Notes under the pieces: generated by a model | Databases searched by the model: none | What the model was told of the DNA's origin: nothing | The model's input: the letters and a program-made list of their open reading frames with translations, nothing else | Translations under genes and position numbers: made by a program | Assembly (NCBI GenBank): GCA_963777505.1 | Contig: CAVZQN010000001.1 | Coordinates: 32,001-96,000, forward strand | DNA length: 64,000 nt | DNA from: an uncultured bacterium | GTDB lineage: Bacteria; Acidobacteriota; HRBIN11; JAKEFK01 | Direction: 5' to 3' | Shown here: piece by piece, positions 51,068 through 59,909 of the stretch | Layout of the letters: every line of letters starts with the position of its first letter | Position numbering within the stretch: the first letter of the stretch is position 1

Positions 51068-51353
51068 TCGCTGCCTCCAAAAACTGAAAGAATGAAAACT
51101 CTTGTGTTGCAAATAGCGGCACAAACGATGATAGCCGATTTATGTTTTGTTTTTCAAAAATGTTTTTGAGCGGATTGCAAAGCGGAATATCAATACTTTA
51201 TTGCTTTGATTCTCTTGTTATTTGCTTAATTCGTTCGCGCAGCATTTTGCAAATTTTTTGCTGGAGGAATCACAATGAAAAAAAATGAATCAAAATGACT
51301 TCGCAGTGTTCGCAAGCCAGCTTCCAGATTGCCGAATGGCTTTTCTTTTTCAG

Positions 51354-51435
51354 CTGCAATTCCTTTCCGAACCGTAGCATCTTTCGGTGTTGAATTACTA
51401 TCCTCAATCTTCTATTCTCTATCCTCTCTGCTCTT
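51354..51435 (+). repeat. Direct repeat, copy 2, containing the putative selC promoter
   Basis: Near-identical to 50759-50862 with fewer heptamers; TTGAAT(51390)-N17-TATTCT(51413). Confidence 0.85.
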
Positions 51436-51441
51436 CTCTAT

Positions 51442-51539
51442 GGAGGTGAGTGTGTGCTGGTGCATGCCCCGGTCTTCAAAATCGGTGGGACTTATCGAAA
51501 GGTAAGTTCGGTGGGTTCGATTCCCTCGCACCTCCGCCA
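51442..51539 (+). tRNA. selC: tRNA-Sec (anticodon UCA)
   Basis: GGAGGTG...CACCTCC-GCCA acceptor, 6-bp D stem with 4-nt TGGT loop, CTTCAAA anticodon loop, long variable arm with GAAA loop, GTTCGATT T loop; 98 nt. Confidence 0.93.
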
Positions 51540-51739
51540 TTACACTGGAGAAAGCTGAAAGGCTTGGACCAAATTGCATTGGATAATGTTATCCGGCTTG
51601 GATGATGCGGAGGAGCAGGGGTGCAGGGGAGGTTTAGTCAACTATTTTCGCAGTGATGTGCCGCTTCTTGGTGATCAAAATAAAGTCCTCGTCCGAATGC
51701 AAGTAATCTTTTGATTCTGTCTCTTGAACTGGAGGAAAA

Positions 51740-52492
51740 ATGAAACGAAGTCCAACAATCATACTCGGTTTAGCATTCCTTTTCGTCTCCTTCACACAAG
51801 CGCAGGCAGAAATCCTTGTACATGCCGCCGCTAGTCTTACAGATGCCCTTACAGACATTGGAAAAATGTATGAACAAGAATCAGGAGAGAAAGTTCTTTT
51901 TAACTTTGGTGCTTCCAGTTTTCTAGCTAGACAGATTCAGGAAGGCACACCCGGTGATATTTTTTTCTCAGCCGATGAAGCAAAAATGGATGGAGTCGAA
52001 AAGAAAGGACTCATTCGAAAAGATACAAGAAAGGCATTGCTGTCTAATACTTTGGTGATTGTTGTATCAACGGATTCGAGACATCAGTTTTCATCTGCCA
52101 TGGATCTTGTGAAAGTAAAAGGAAACATTGCGATTGCTGAACCGCAAAGCGTTCCCGCCGGAATTTATGCAAAAGAATATTTGAAGAAAATTGGTATCTG
52201 GAGCAAGGTTATTGATCGCCTCATACCAACTGAAAACGTGCGCGCTGCACTAGCGGTTGTTGAATCTGGGAATGTAGAAGCTGGAATTGTTTACAAGACC
52301 GATGCCGGGATTTCAAAACGAGTCAAAGTTGCGTATGAAATTCCCAGGGCAGAAGGACCGAAGATCAGTTATCCCGTGGCAATGCTGACGGAATCAAAAG
52401 ATTTTGCCGCAGCAAAAAAATTTTACGATTTTATGCAAGGGCCTAAAGCATTAGAAGTTTATCGCAACTACGGATTCCTTTTGCCGGAGTAG
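51740..52492 (+). CDS. modA: Molybdate ABC transporter substrate-binding protein
   Basis: AAASLTDA, FGASS, VPAGIYA, ENVRAAL, GIVYKTDA. Confidence 0.93.
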   Translation: MKRSPTIILGLAFLFVSFTQAQAEILVHAAASLTDALTDIGKMYEQESGEKVLFNFGASSFLARQIQEGTPGDIFFSADEAKMDGVEKKGLIRKDTRKALLSNTLVIVVSTDSRHQFSSAMDLVKVKGNIAIAEPQSVPAGIYAKEYLKKIGIWSKVIDRLIPTENVRAALAVVESGNVEAGIVYKTDAGISKRVKVAYEIPRAEGPKISYPVAMLTESKDFAAAKKFYDFMQGPKALEVYRNYGFLLPE

Positions 52493-52606
52493 TACGGAGC
52501 GCGGACATCTTTGTCCGCATTGAGGGCCGCAGGCATCCTTGCCTGCAAGAAATTGCGGACTGGAAGTCCGCGGCCCGAAATGCAGGCTGGAAGCCTGCGC
52601 TCCGTA
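52493..52606. repeat. Cluster of four GGAGCGC/GGGCCGC-type REPs in inverted arrangement
   Basis: TACGGAGCGCGGACATCTTTGTCCGCA...TGCAGGCTGGAAGCCTGCGCTCCGTA. Confidence 0.82.
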
Positions 52607-52609
52607 AGC

Positions 52610-53872
52610 TCACAGGTTGAGTTCAGGGTGGCGCAACTTGAGCACCGCTTTCCGAACGGCTTCAAATTGTTCTTTGTCTTCCGCGGATGCATCTGGATGC
52701 TGGATGATCACAGCAAGACGTTCATAGTATTCATTGAGTTTCGGATCTTTCGTAGCTTCAGATTTATCCTTCCCGTGAAGCGCATACGCATGGTAAGCGG
52801 ATTCCAATTCTTCAGCAGATCTCATGGCATCACCTAATGTTGTTTCGGGAAGACCCTGAATACCATCTTTCACATTCCATGTAGAGGTCTTCTTAAACAG
52901 AGGGTCTACCTTGCTTGGATCATCACCATCTGTCACCGATTCCCATTTTTTCAAATGTTTCGGCGCTTCCTTTTCTGCCGTTGGAGAATACGCGTTGTAA
53001 GCAAATGCACTTTTCAAATGGGGGAATGCGCTTCTTAAAGTTTCGAAGTGAGTCTTGCCAGCACAGAAGCAGGCAGAAACAGCGACATGCTCAATTTTGT
53101 TTGCTCCTTTCGGAAATACTTTCGCCAGAGCTTCCACATCAGTCAATTTGAATGCGCCATTACCATCGCCGCCGATTTCGCCATCAAAACCGTGACCCGA
53201 AATGACCAGCCTGTTGATTTTCGCCTTCCCTTCACCGGCTTGAAAAAATTTCAATCCTAATTGTGATAGCTCATCGCGCGATGCTGGATTCTGCGTCTTT
53301 AGAAAATCAACAAACTTTTGTGCTTGCTCCTTCGGCATCTTGTCCGGACCAGAACTCAATGACTTCTGAAATGCACTCAGACCTGCATCAGTCCGGAGGT
53401 CATGCATCTTACCGTTATATTTGATCTCTCCATCGGTTTTGTATCCTTCAATTCGATGAACACCACCTTGTGCTTTCTTATTTCCCTTTTCCAACGCTTT
53501 TGCTTCTTTGTCAGACTCCTCACGCATTCCAAGATGGATTACACCCTGTGCACCGGCCTTTGCACGATTGCGATTCACTTCTGATTTCAAGGCTTCGTGG
53601 ATGAGTCCACTTTTGGTTTGATCACCATCTTTGTCGCGGGTAGCAAATGAGGAACGCGAACCGTTATGATCGAATTTATCTACTGCCTTGAAAAGCTTTT
53701 TGAATTCTTTCGATCCGCTGATCCTGCCATCCTTTCCTGCAATTTTTGCCAATGTGGCATCTGAGACGCCAGCTTCCTTTAACTTTTCTTTGTTTTCAGG
53801 AGCTATATCGTTGACATTGATTCCGCCTTTCGAAAGATCGTTGACGAATTTGTTGCGAGTTATGGTGCTCAT
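52610..53872 (-). CDS. Hypothetical protein with EF-hand-like N-terminus and putative clan-CD peptidase domain
   Basis: GGAGG RBS; DKFDHNG; LVISGHG...VAVSAC. Confidence 0.7.
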   Translation of the reverse strand: MSTITRNKFVNDLSKGGINVNDIAPENKEKLKEAGVSDATLAKIAGKDGRISGSKEFKKLFKAVDKFDHNGSRSSFATRDKDGDQTKSGLIHEALKSEVNRNRAKAGAQGVIHLGMREESDKEAKALEKGNKKAQGGVHRIEGYKTDGEIKYNGKMHDLRTDAGLSAFQKSLSSGPDKMPKEQAQKFVDFLKTQNPASRDELSQLGLKFFQAGEGKAKINRLVISGHGFDGEIGGDGNGAFKLTDVEALAKVFPKGANKIEHVAVSACFCAGKTHFETLRSAFPHLKSAFAYNAYSPTAEKEAPKHLKKWESVTDGDDPSKVDPLFKKTSTWNVKDGIQGLPETTLGDAMRSAEELESAYHAYALHGKDKSEATKDPKLNEYYERLAVIIQHPDASAEDKEQFEAVRKAVLKLRHPELNL

Positions 53873-53913
53873 GATTTTCCTCCAGTGCTTTACTCAACTG
53901 TGAATCGTTAATG

Positions 53914-53921
53914 TTATCGGC
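53914..53921 (-). promoter_or_regulatory. Sigma28/FliA-like -10 box
   Basis: GCCGATAA about 40 nt upstream of ATG 53872; only a weak TCAA/CAAA -35 at 16-17 nt spacing. Confidence 0.5.
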
Positions 53922-54005
53922 ACCTGACGGATTTCTATTTGAACTGTGGATGGGGTTTAAGCCCTATATTTTGATAGGGATGCGAGCGAGATGCGGGATG
54001 CCAGA

Positions 54006-55314
54006 TTATTCGCTTGAACAAACGGCAGTTTCAGCGGCGGAGAGAGTTACACTCTGAAAGCCGGCTGTAGCTGTGAAAAATGGAACGGGAATTTCTTCCA
54101 ATACAATTTCTGAACTGGTCAAATTAATATTGGCTCTGGAAAACGGAAAAGTTGTAAGCCTGGAACAGCCTCCTTGAATTTGTCCATTTGACTGCATCTT
54201 TAGAAAAATCGCATCCATGTTGTTGGACTCACGAGTCCCGGCACAACCAGTCACCAGGATCGATCCATCGCTTGATGAAACAATTGGCCGTCCTACAAAA
54301 ACCGGGCGTGAATCAGGATTCACTCTTTTGCGCCACAGAACATTGCCATTTGCATCAAGGCTCACAACAATTCCTCGCGAGTTGCTGCCACCAGAAGCAG
54401 TGATGTTCCCTGCTAATAACAAATTGCTACCCGCTTTCGAAACGGATGCATTCAGACTTGAACCCGGTGATTTATAAAGCCGTGACCAGACCGGTATCCC
54501 ATCTGAATTTAATTTTGAAAGCAATGTATCTGATCTTTGTGAACCTGAAGGCGCAAAACTTTCCGTAAAATAATAACCACCATCAGCGGCTTGAAACGCA
54601 GATAAAGCAATGTGATTGCCTGACGAACCATACATTCGCGACCATTCTATCGAACCCGTTGCACTGAACTTCGCAAGTACAGAACGAACACCACCCGGAA
54701 AATTAGCAGCGATCGCAACGATCGCACCATTATCGGACGTCAATCCCAGGTCCGATGCATGATCGAATCCAGCTGCCGAAATTACTTTTCTCCAAACCGG
54801 GCGGCCGGCAGAATTGAATTTTACAACCACAATATCATTCAGATTCGGATCATGATCCGCATCCCCTAACACAATGAAACCCCTATCTGAAGTCTGAACG
54901 ACTTTTACAAAATGCTCATTACCACTCGTCCCGAATGTGCGTTTCCATGCGACCGTTCCGTTGGATCGAAGCTTTAAAATAAATGCATCCAAGAGCCCTT
55001 CACCAAAAGAGCCTGTGTTTCCAACGACAACAGCACCGCCATCTGATGTGCTAACGACTGCTTGTGCTTCATCAGCCGATGAACCGGCGAATCGCTGAGC
55101 CCTCAGGACATCACCACCAGAACTGAGTTTGAACAGAAGTGCGTCGCTTGACGTATAGTCAACACCTACAGCGACAACCTCGCCGGATCTTAGTATCGCG
55201 GCTGAGCCAAGACATTCATTGCCAGGAAGCTGAATTGTTTCCAGATAATCCGCAGCACCAGCAAAACCAACGAATAATGTAAAAACGAACAGAAATAAAT
55301 ATTTGATTTTTCAT
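54006..55314 (-). CDS. Secreted beta-propeller repeat protein (homopolymer indel just after the start)
   Basis: Repeats of the form TSDGG...D..LLKLxSxGxxxW. The frame continues upstream of 54992 to a signal peptide (IKYLFLFVFTLFVGFAGA) one base out of frame with ATG 55314. Confidence 0.8.
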
Positions 55315-55365
55315 AACGACTCTATGATAACTCATCCCGCATCCGCATCCCTATCAATGCTATTT

Positions 55366-55440
55366 ACCACGAAGTCACGGAGAGCACGGAGCAACTTTAT
55401 TAATAAAAACACATCTCCGTGTTCTCTGTGACTCCGTGGT
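55366..55440. repeat. ACCACGGAG-family palindromic element
   Basis: ACCACGAAGTCACGGAGAGCACGGAG...CTCCGTGTTCTCTGTGACTCCGTGGT. Confidence 0.85.
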
Positions 55441-55461
55441 GAAATGAGTTTTTGCTTATTA

Positions 55462-57204
55462 TTACCGCGAAGGCGTAGAGTACACTAATCGCCCGCCGAG
55501 AAAAGTCATTTCGACTTTGACATCACGAATTTGATCGGGCTTGATTGCAAAGATGTCTCCACTCAGCACAACCAGGTCTGCAAGTTTGCCCGGAGTGATC
55601 GAGCCTTTTTGATTTTCTTGAAATTCCGCATACGCAGATCCCATTGTGTAGGCATAAATCGTTTCTGGAAGCGTGATCTTTTCTTCGGGGATCCAACCGT
55701 TTGGTTGTTTTCCATCGAGTGTAGCGCGGGTCAAAGCCGCGTACAGACTTTGCATCGGATCCAGCGGTGCGACATTCCAGTCAGTTCCAAATGCAAGTTT
55801 GACTCCGTTATCAAGAAATGTTCTAAAGGCATATGTTCTGGTGCTTCGATCGTGTCCAATTCTTTTTTCAGCCCAGCGGCCATCATCAATTGTGTGATAC
55901 GGCTGCATCGATGCGATTACATTTTGTTTTGCGAATCGCGCAAAATCTTTTGCCGCCATGTGCTGCGCATGTTCGATACGGAAACGGCGATCTCGCGAAC
56001 CATTTTGTTTCGCCGCTTCATCAAAAAGATCCAGAATGATTGAAATGGCTTGATCTCCAATTGCGTGAACGCAAACTTGAAGTCCTGCTTTATCGGCGCC
56101 CTGAATCTTCGCTTTCATTGCATCAACAGGTTGCATTTCTTCAGACAACAATCCATGGTTTTTGGAGTCATCATCGAACGGATCAAAGAAGAATGCTGTT
56201 GATGAACCGAGTGAACCATCTGCGTAACCTTTCAACGCGCCGGTTCGCAGTAATGCAGAGCCAAAACTGCGTCGCAAACCAACTTTCGCAAGATCAGCCC
56301 AGCCTGCAAGTGGTGGAGCGGCATAAACTCGCGTTAATAATTCGCCGCGTTCAGCAAGATCCGCGATCGCTGCAATTTCCGCATAAAGCATTCCCATGTC
56401 TTGAATGCTTGTGACTCCAAGTGAAGCCGCATGCTTTGACGAACGAAGCGCGATCTTCAAAAGCTGATCGTGCGTTGGTGGCGGAATAACCTTATACACA
56501 TAAGTCATTGCAGCATCTTTGAGTGCTCCAGTTGGTTCGCCTTTTGAATCACGCACGATTGTGCCGCCGGGAGGATCTGGTGTTTCTTTTGTAACGCCTG
56601 CAAGTTTCAACGCAAGCGAATTCGCAAGAGCCATATGGCCATCATAGCGATTCACAAAGACAGGATGATCCGGAGTCACTCCATCGATGAGTTGGCGTGT
56701 CGGCATTTCAACTGGAGTAAATCGCTGATCATCCCAGTCACCGCCAAGGATCCATTCACCCTTCGGACGCGATTTCGCTCGTTCAGCAATTCTTCTTGCA
56801 AACTCCTGGTGTGAATCGGCATTTTTTAGATCGACACTATCGAGTTGCTGACCACCGCCAAAAAAATGCACATGAGAATCATTGAATCCAGGCACAACTC
56901 GTTTGCCCTGCAAATCGATCACTTTAGTTGAAGAACCGCGCCACGCATTCACATTTTCGGCTGAACCAACTGCAACAATGCGTTCACCAAGAATTGCAAC
57001 TGCTTGAGCTTCCGGCATCTTTGAATCAACGGTCCAGATTTTGCCGTTCGTTAAAATCAGATCGGCTGCAGGTTGGTCTGCGTGAAGAAGAGCGAAACAC
57101 GAAAAAAGAAAAAACAGCATGCAGACCAGAGGTCTGCGGTCCCTTATGCGGACCAGACGTCCGCGGTCCCCAAGAATTCTGCGGTCCCTGGTTATATTTT
57201 TCAT
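55462..57204 (-). CDS. YtcJ-like metal-dependent amidohydrolase, secreted
   Basis: PGFNDSHVH, DGH, HAIGD, RIEHAQ, GTDW, GKLADLVVL. Confidence 0.92.
   Translation of the reverse strand: MKNITRDRRILGDRGRLVRIRDRRPLVCMLFFLFSCFALLHADQPAADLILTNGKIWTVDSKMPEAQAVAILGERIVAVGSAENVNAWRGSSTKVIDLQGKRVVPGFNDSHVHFFGGGQQLDSVDLKNADSHQEFARRIAERAKSRPKGEWILGGDWDDQRFTPVEMPTRQLIDGVTPDHPVFVNRYDGHMALANSLALKLAGVTKETPDPPGGTIVRDSKGEPTGALKDAAMTYVYKVIPPPTHDQLLKIALRSSKHAASLGVTSIQDMGMLYAEIAAIADLAERGELLTRVYAAPPLAGWADLAKVGLRRSFGSALLRTGALKGYADGSLGSSTAFFFDPFDDDSKNHGLLSEEMQPVDAMKAKIQGADKAGLQVCVHAIGDQAISIILDLFDEAAKQNGSRDRRFRIEHAQHMAAKDFARFAKQNVIASMQPYHTIDDGRWAEKRIGHDRSTRTYAFRTFLDNGVKLAFGTDWNVAPLDPMQSLYAALTRATLDGKQPNGWIPEEKITLPETIYAYTMGSAYAEFQENQKGSITPGKLADLVVLSGDIFAIKPDQIRDVKVEMTFLGGRLVYSTPSR
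57120..57188. repeat. Three tandem GGGACCGC-type REP units inside the amidohydrolase 5' end
   Basis: GCAGACCAGAGGTCTGCGGTCCC, GCGGACCAGACGTCCGCGGTCCC, TCTGCGGTCCC. Confidence 0.78.
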
Positions 57205-57297
57205 GCAGCTATGTTAACTGTAATGGTGGCAGATAGGAAGAACTGATTCTGTTCATATATCCGAAAACTACTTAAGATTCAAATTGGAGGAATTCAT

Positions 57298-58449
57298 ATG
57301 AAGAATTCGCGACGCATTGAAACTAAATTAATACACTCAGGTGAACCATCTCCGAAAGTAAATGGTGCCGTTGTTATGCCGGTCTTTCAATCTGCAATGT
57401 TTGAATACGCCGGTGAAACGGATTACAACGATTTGAAGTATATCCGGCTGAATAATACGCCTAACCAGGAAGTCGTTGCCGCAAAATTAGCGGCACTTGA
57501 AAATGCGGAAAGCGCAATTGTAACAGCAAGCGGTATGGCCGCAATCAGCGCTACATTATTAACATTCCTCAGTAACGGAGATCATCTGCTTGTTCAGCCG
57601 AGCTTGTACGGCGGAGTGCAAACGTTTGTAACAAGAGATTTTCAGAATTTTGGAATTCAATATGATTTCATAGAGCCGAATCGTCCTGAAACCTGGAAAA
57701 ACAAGCTGACAAAACGCACTCGCGCAATTTACGTAGAAACAATCTCAAACCCGATGATGCATGTTCCCGATCTCAAAGCTGTCGCGGCTTTTGCGAAAGA
57801 GAATGGAATCATCTCTGCAATTGACAATACATTTGCGTCTCCGATTAATTTTCGTCCGATAGAGCATGGATTTGATATATCACTTCACAGCGGAACGAAA
57901 TATTTGAATGGACATTCCGATATTGTTGCCGGTGCCGTCATTGGCAAATCGGAACTTGTTATGAAAGTATTACACCGGCTGAATCATCTTGGTGGATCGC
58001 TGGATCCACATGCCGCGTTTTTATTGCATCGTGGAATGAAAACGCTGGCGCTCCGAGTTCATCATCAAAATCAAAGCGCTTTTAAATTGGCGCATCTTCT
58101 GGAACATCATCCGGCCGTGGAGCGGGTCAATTATCCCGGGTTGGAAAGCCATCCTCAACACGGTATTGCGCGAAGTCTTTTTGAAGGTTTCGGCGGAATG
58201 CTGAGCTTTGAACTCAAAGAAGGCGCAAAAGGAGCAGCAAATTTTTTGAGCCGCGCTCAAGTACCGATTTCAGCTCCAAGTTTAGGCGGTGTTGAAACCC
58301 TGATGACACTGCCTGCAAAAACTTCCCACGCAGGACTCAGCGCTGAAGAAAGACGGGCCGGCGGAATCAGTGATGGTTTGATTCGGATTTCGGTCGGTAT
58401 CGAATCGATCGAAGATTTGATGGAAGATTTCCAGCAAGCGCTTGGGTAG
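57298..58449 (+). CDS. Cys/Met metabolism PLP-dependent lyase (cystathionine/methionine gamma-lyase family)
   Basis: ASGMAA, ETISNP, DNTFASP, HSGTKYLNGHSD, SLGGVETL, RISVGIE. Confidence 0.92.
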   Translation: MKNSRRIETKLIHSGEPSPKVNGAVVMPVFQSAMFEYAGETDYNDLKYIRLNNTPNQEVVAAKLAALENAESAIVTASGMAAISATLLTFLSNGDHLLVQPSLYGGVQTFVTRDFQNFGIQYDFIEPNRPETWKNKLTKRTRAIYVETISNPMMHVPDLKAVAAFAKENGIISAIDNTFASPINFRPIEHGFDISLHSGTKYLNGHSDIVAGAVIGKSELVMKVLHRLNHLGGSLDPHAAFLLHRGMKTLALRVHHQNQSAFKLAHLLEHHPAVERVNYPGLESHPQHGIARSLFEGFGGMLSFELKEGAKGAANFLSRAQVPISAPSLGGVETLMTLPAKTSHAGLSAEERRAGGISDGLIRISVGIESIEDLMEDFQQALG

Positions 58450-58465
58450 TGAGCTCTAACCGCAA

Positions 58466-58568
58466 GGGACCGCAGGCCTCAGGCCTGCATTAGGACCGGG
58501 ACCTCTGGTCCGCAAATTTGCAGCGAGACGCCTGCGATCCCCAATGCGGACGGGACGTCCGCGCTCCC
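58466..58568. repeat. GGGACCGC/GGGAGCGC REP cluster between convergent genes
   Basis: Four palindromic units; the last is TGCGGACGGGACGTCCGCGCTCCC, the reverse complement of the 42934 unit. Confidence 0.82.
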
Positions 58569-58585
58569 CGAAAAGACACAGAGTA

Positions 58586-59830
58586 TTAATTCTCAAAGCG
58601 GGCGGCGATCTTTTTCAATCGTTCTTGAATATTACGAAGCAATGTCGCTGCTTCAGCAGATCGTGTTGAGGACGGATCAATCTTTTGAACTTGTGAGAAA
58701 GCTTGCTCCGAAAGTTCATCAAGATGGACAAGCTGATTCTGTAATTCCGTCAGTACTTGAAAAGTCTTTCGAATCAGGACTCCGGCTTCATCGGAAGTAG
58801 GATCTTTTTCATCATGAAACATCTGGCATGAGTTTCTGCCGAACTGCTTCGCGAGATATAACGCTACATCGGCTTTTTTCTGCAATGCCTCGACCGACTC
58901 TTTCGTGTGTTCCGGATAGGCTGCAACTCCAAGGCTTACTGTTATCCGGGAGGAACCATCAGGGATCGTCATCTGTGAAACACCACTCCGAATTTTTTCA
59001 GCAACTTTCAAAGCATCAAAGGCCAATGTTTCAGGCAATAAAACTGCAAATTCATCTCCGCCCACACGTGCGAGTAAATCATACGCACGCAAATTTCGTT
59101 TCATTAAACCAGCAATAGCTTTTAAAACCGCATCTCCTGCATCGTGGCCGTGTTGATCATTAATATTCTTGAAGGAATCTACATCGAGGAAAATTAAAGA
59201 TAAAGAAGAACTCTGCCGGGCTGCTCGCGCAAATTCGACTTCCAATCTTTGCTCGAAATATCGGCGGACATAACACTGCGTTAGTTCATCCACAATTGCT
59301 TGTTCGTAAAGATGTGCATTCTCGATTGCAATCGCCGCCATATTTGCAAACGATTCCAGGAGCTTCAAATCGTCCTGTTTAAAGACATTCTTCGCGGATC
59401 GGTTGTCTGCATAGAGGGTTCCGATAATTTCGCTATTCTGGCGCGATGTTAAAGGCACACACATCAGACTGCGGATCTGTAAGTTCATAACTGAATCCGA
59501 TTTTGTGATACTTTCATCGCGAACTACATCGCGGCTCAAAATTGATTTACCTTTATTTACGACATCATTCACTACTGTTGTGCTGAATTGCAGCGCATCA
59601 CGCAGCGTTGTCGAATCAATATTTGCGTTGGAATATTCAATACGAAGATCGCCAGTAACTTCGTGCCGCAAAATTACCAGGACACGCTCTGCATTCATGT
59701 TACGGGTTACTGCTTCCGAAATCTTACCGAGCAACTGATGTAAATCAGTAATAGCGATTAACGATTGTCCAATATCAAGGAGGGTTTTGTATCGGTCAGA
59801 TTCCTGCTTTTGGTTTGACGTCTTTGTCAT
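58586..59830 (-). CDS. GAF-GGDEF diguanylate cyclase
   Basis: GAF (SLMCVPL...LYADN), DVDSFKNINDQHGH, RAYD I-site, GGDEF. Confidence 0.93.
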   Translation of the reverse strand: MTKTSNQKQESDRYKTLLDIGQSLIAITDLHQLLGKISEAVTRNMNAERVLVILRHEVTGDLRIEYSNANIDSTTLRDALQFSTTVVNDVVNKGKSILSRDVVRDESITKSDSVMNLQIRSLMCVPLTSRQNSEIIGTLYADNRSAKNVFKQDDLKLLESFANMAAIAIENAHLYEQAIVDELTQCYVRRYFEQRLEVEFARAARQSSSLSLIFLDVDSFKNINDQHGHDAGDAVLKAIAGLMKRNLRAYDLLARVGGDEFAVLLPETLAFDALKVAEKIRSGVSQMTIPDGSSRITVSLGVAAYPEHTKESVEALQKKADVALYLAKQFGRNSCQMFHDEKDPTSDEAGVLIRKTFQVLTELQNQLVHLDELSEQAFSQVQKIDPSSTRSAEAATLLRNIQERLKKIAARFEN

Positions 59831-59909
59831 TCAGGATACTTTTTATCACGAAGTTAACGAAGAAGCACGAAAAATAAATGTAAAACATATGAACCGCAGA
59901 GTCGCAGAA

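Noticed and set aside
51275-51440. GGAGG-ATG mini-ORF with in-frame TGA upstream of selC as a selenopeptide
   Set aside because: The readthrough product runs through the duplicated repeat, resembles no protein, and has no clear SECIS.
51540-51739. Moco riboswitch upstream of modA, or an integrase-bearing island at selC
   Set aside because: No recognisable Moco motif, no integrase and no duplicated tRNA 3' end were found.
2447-55314. Many frameshifts as pseudogenes or programmed frameshifting
   Set aside because: Single-base indels, some compensating or in homopolymers, are scattered over unrelated genes. Long-read error is the simplest explanation, though it cannot be proven without reads.
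13689-58568. CRISPR array
   Set aside because: The repeats are dispersed palindromes or short tandem units, not equal repeats with unique regular spacers, and there are no cas genes.
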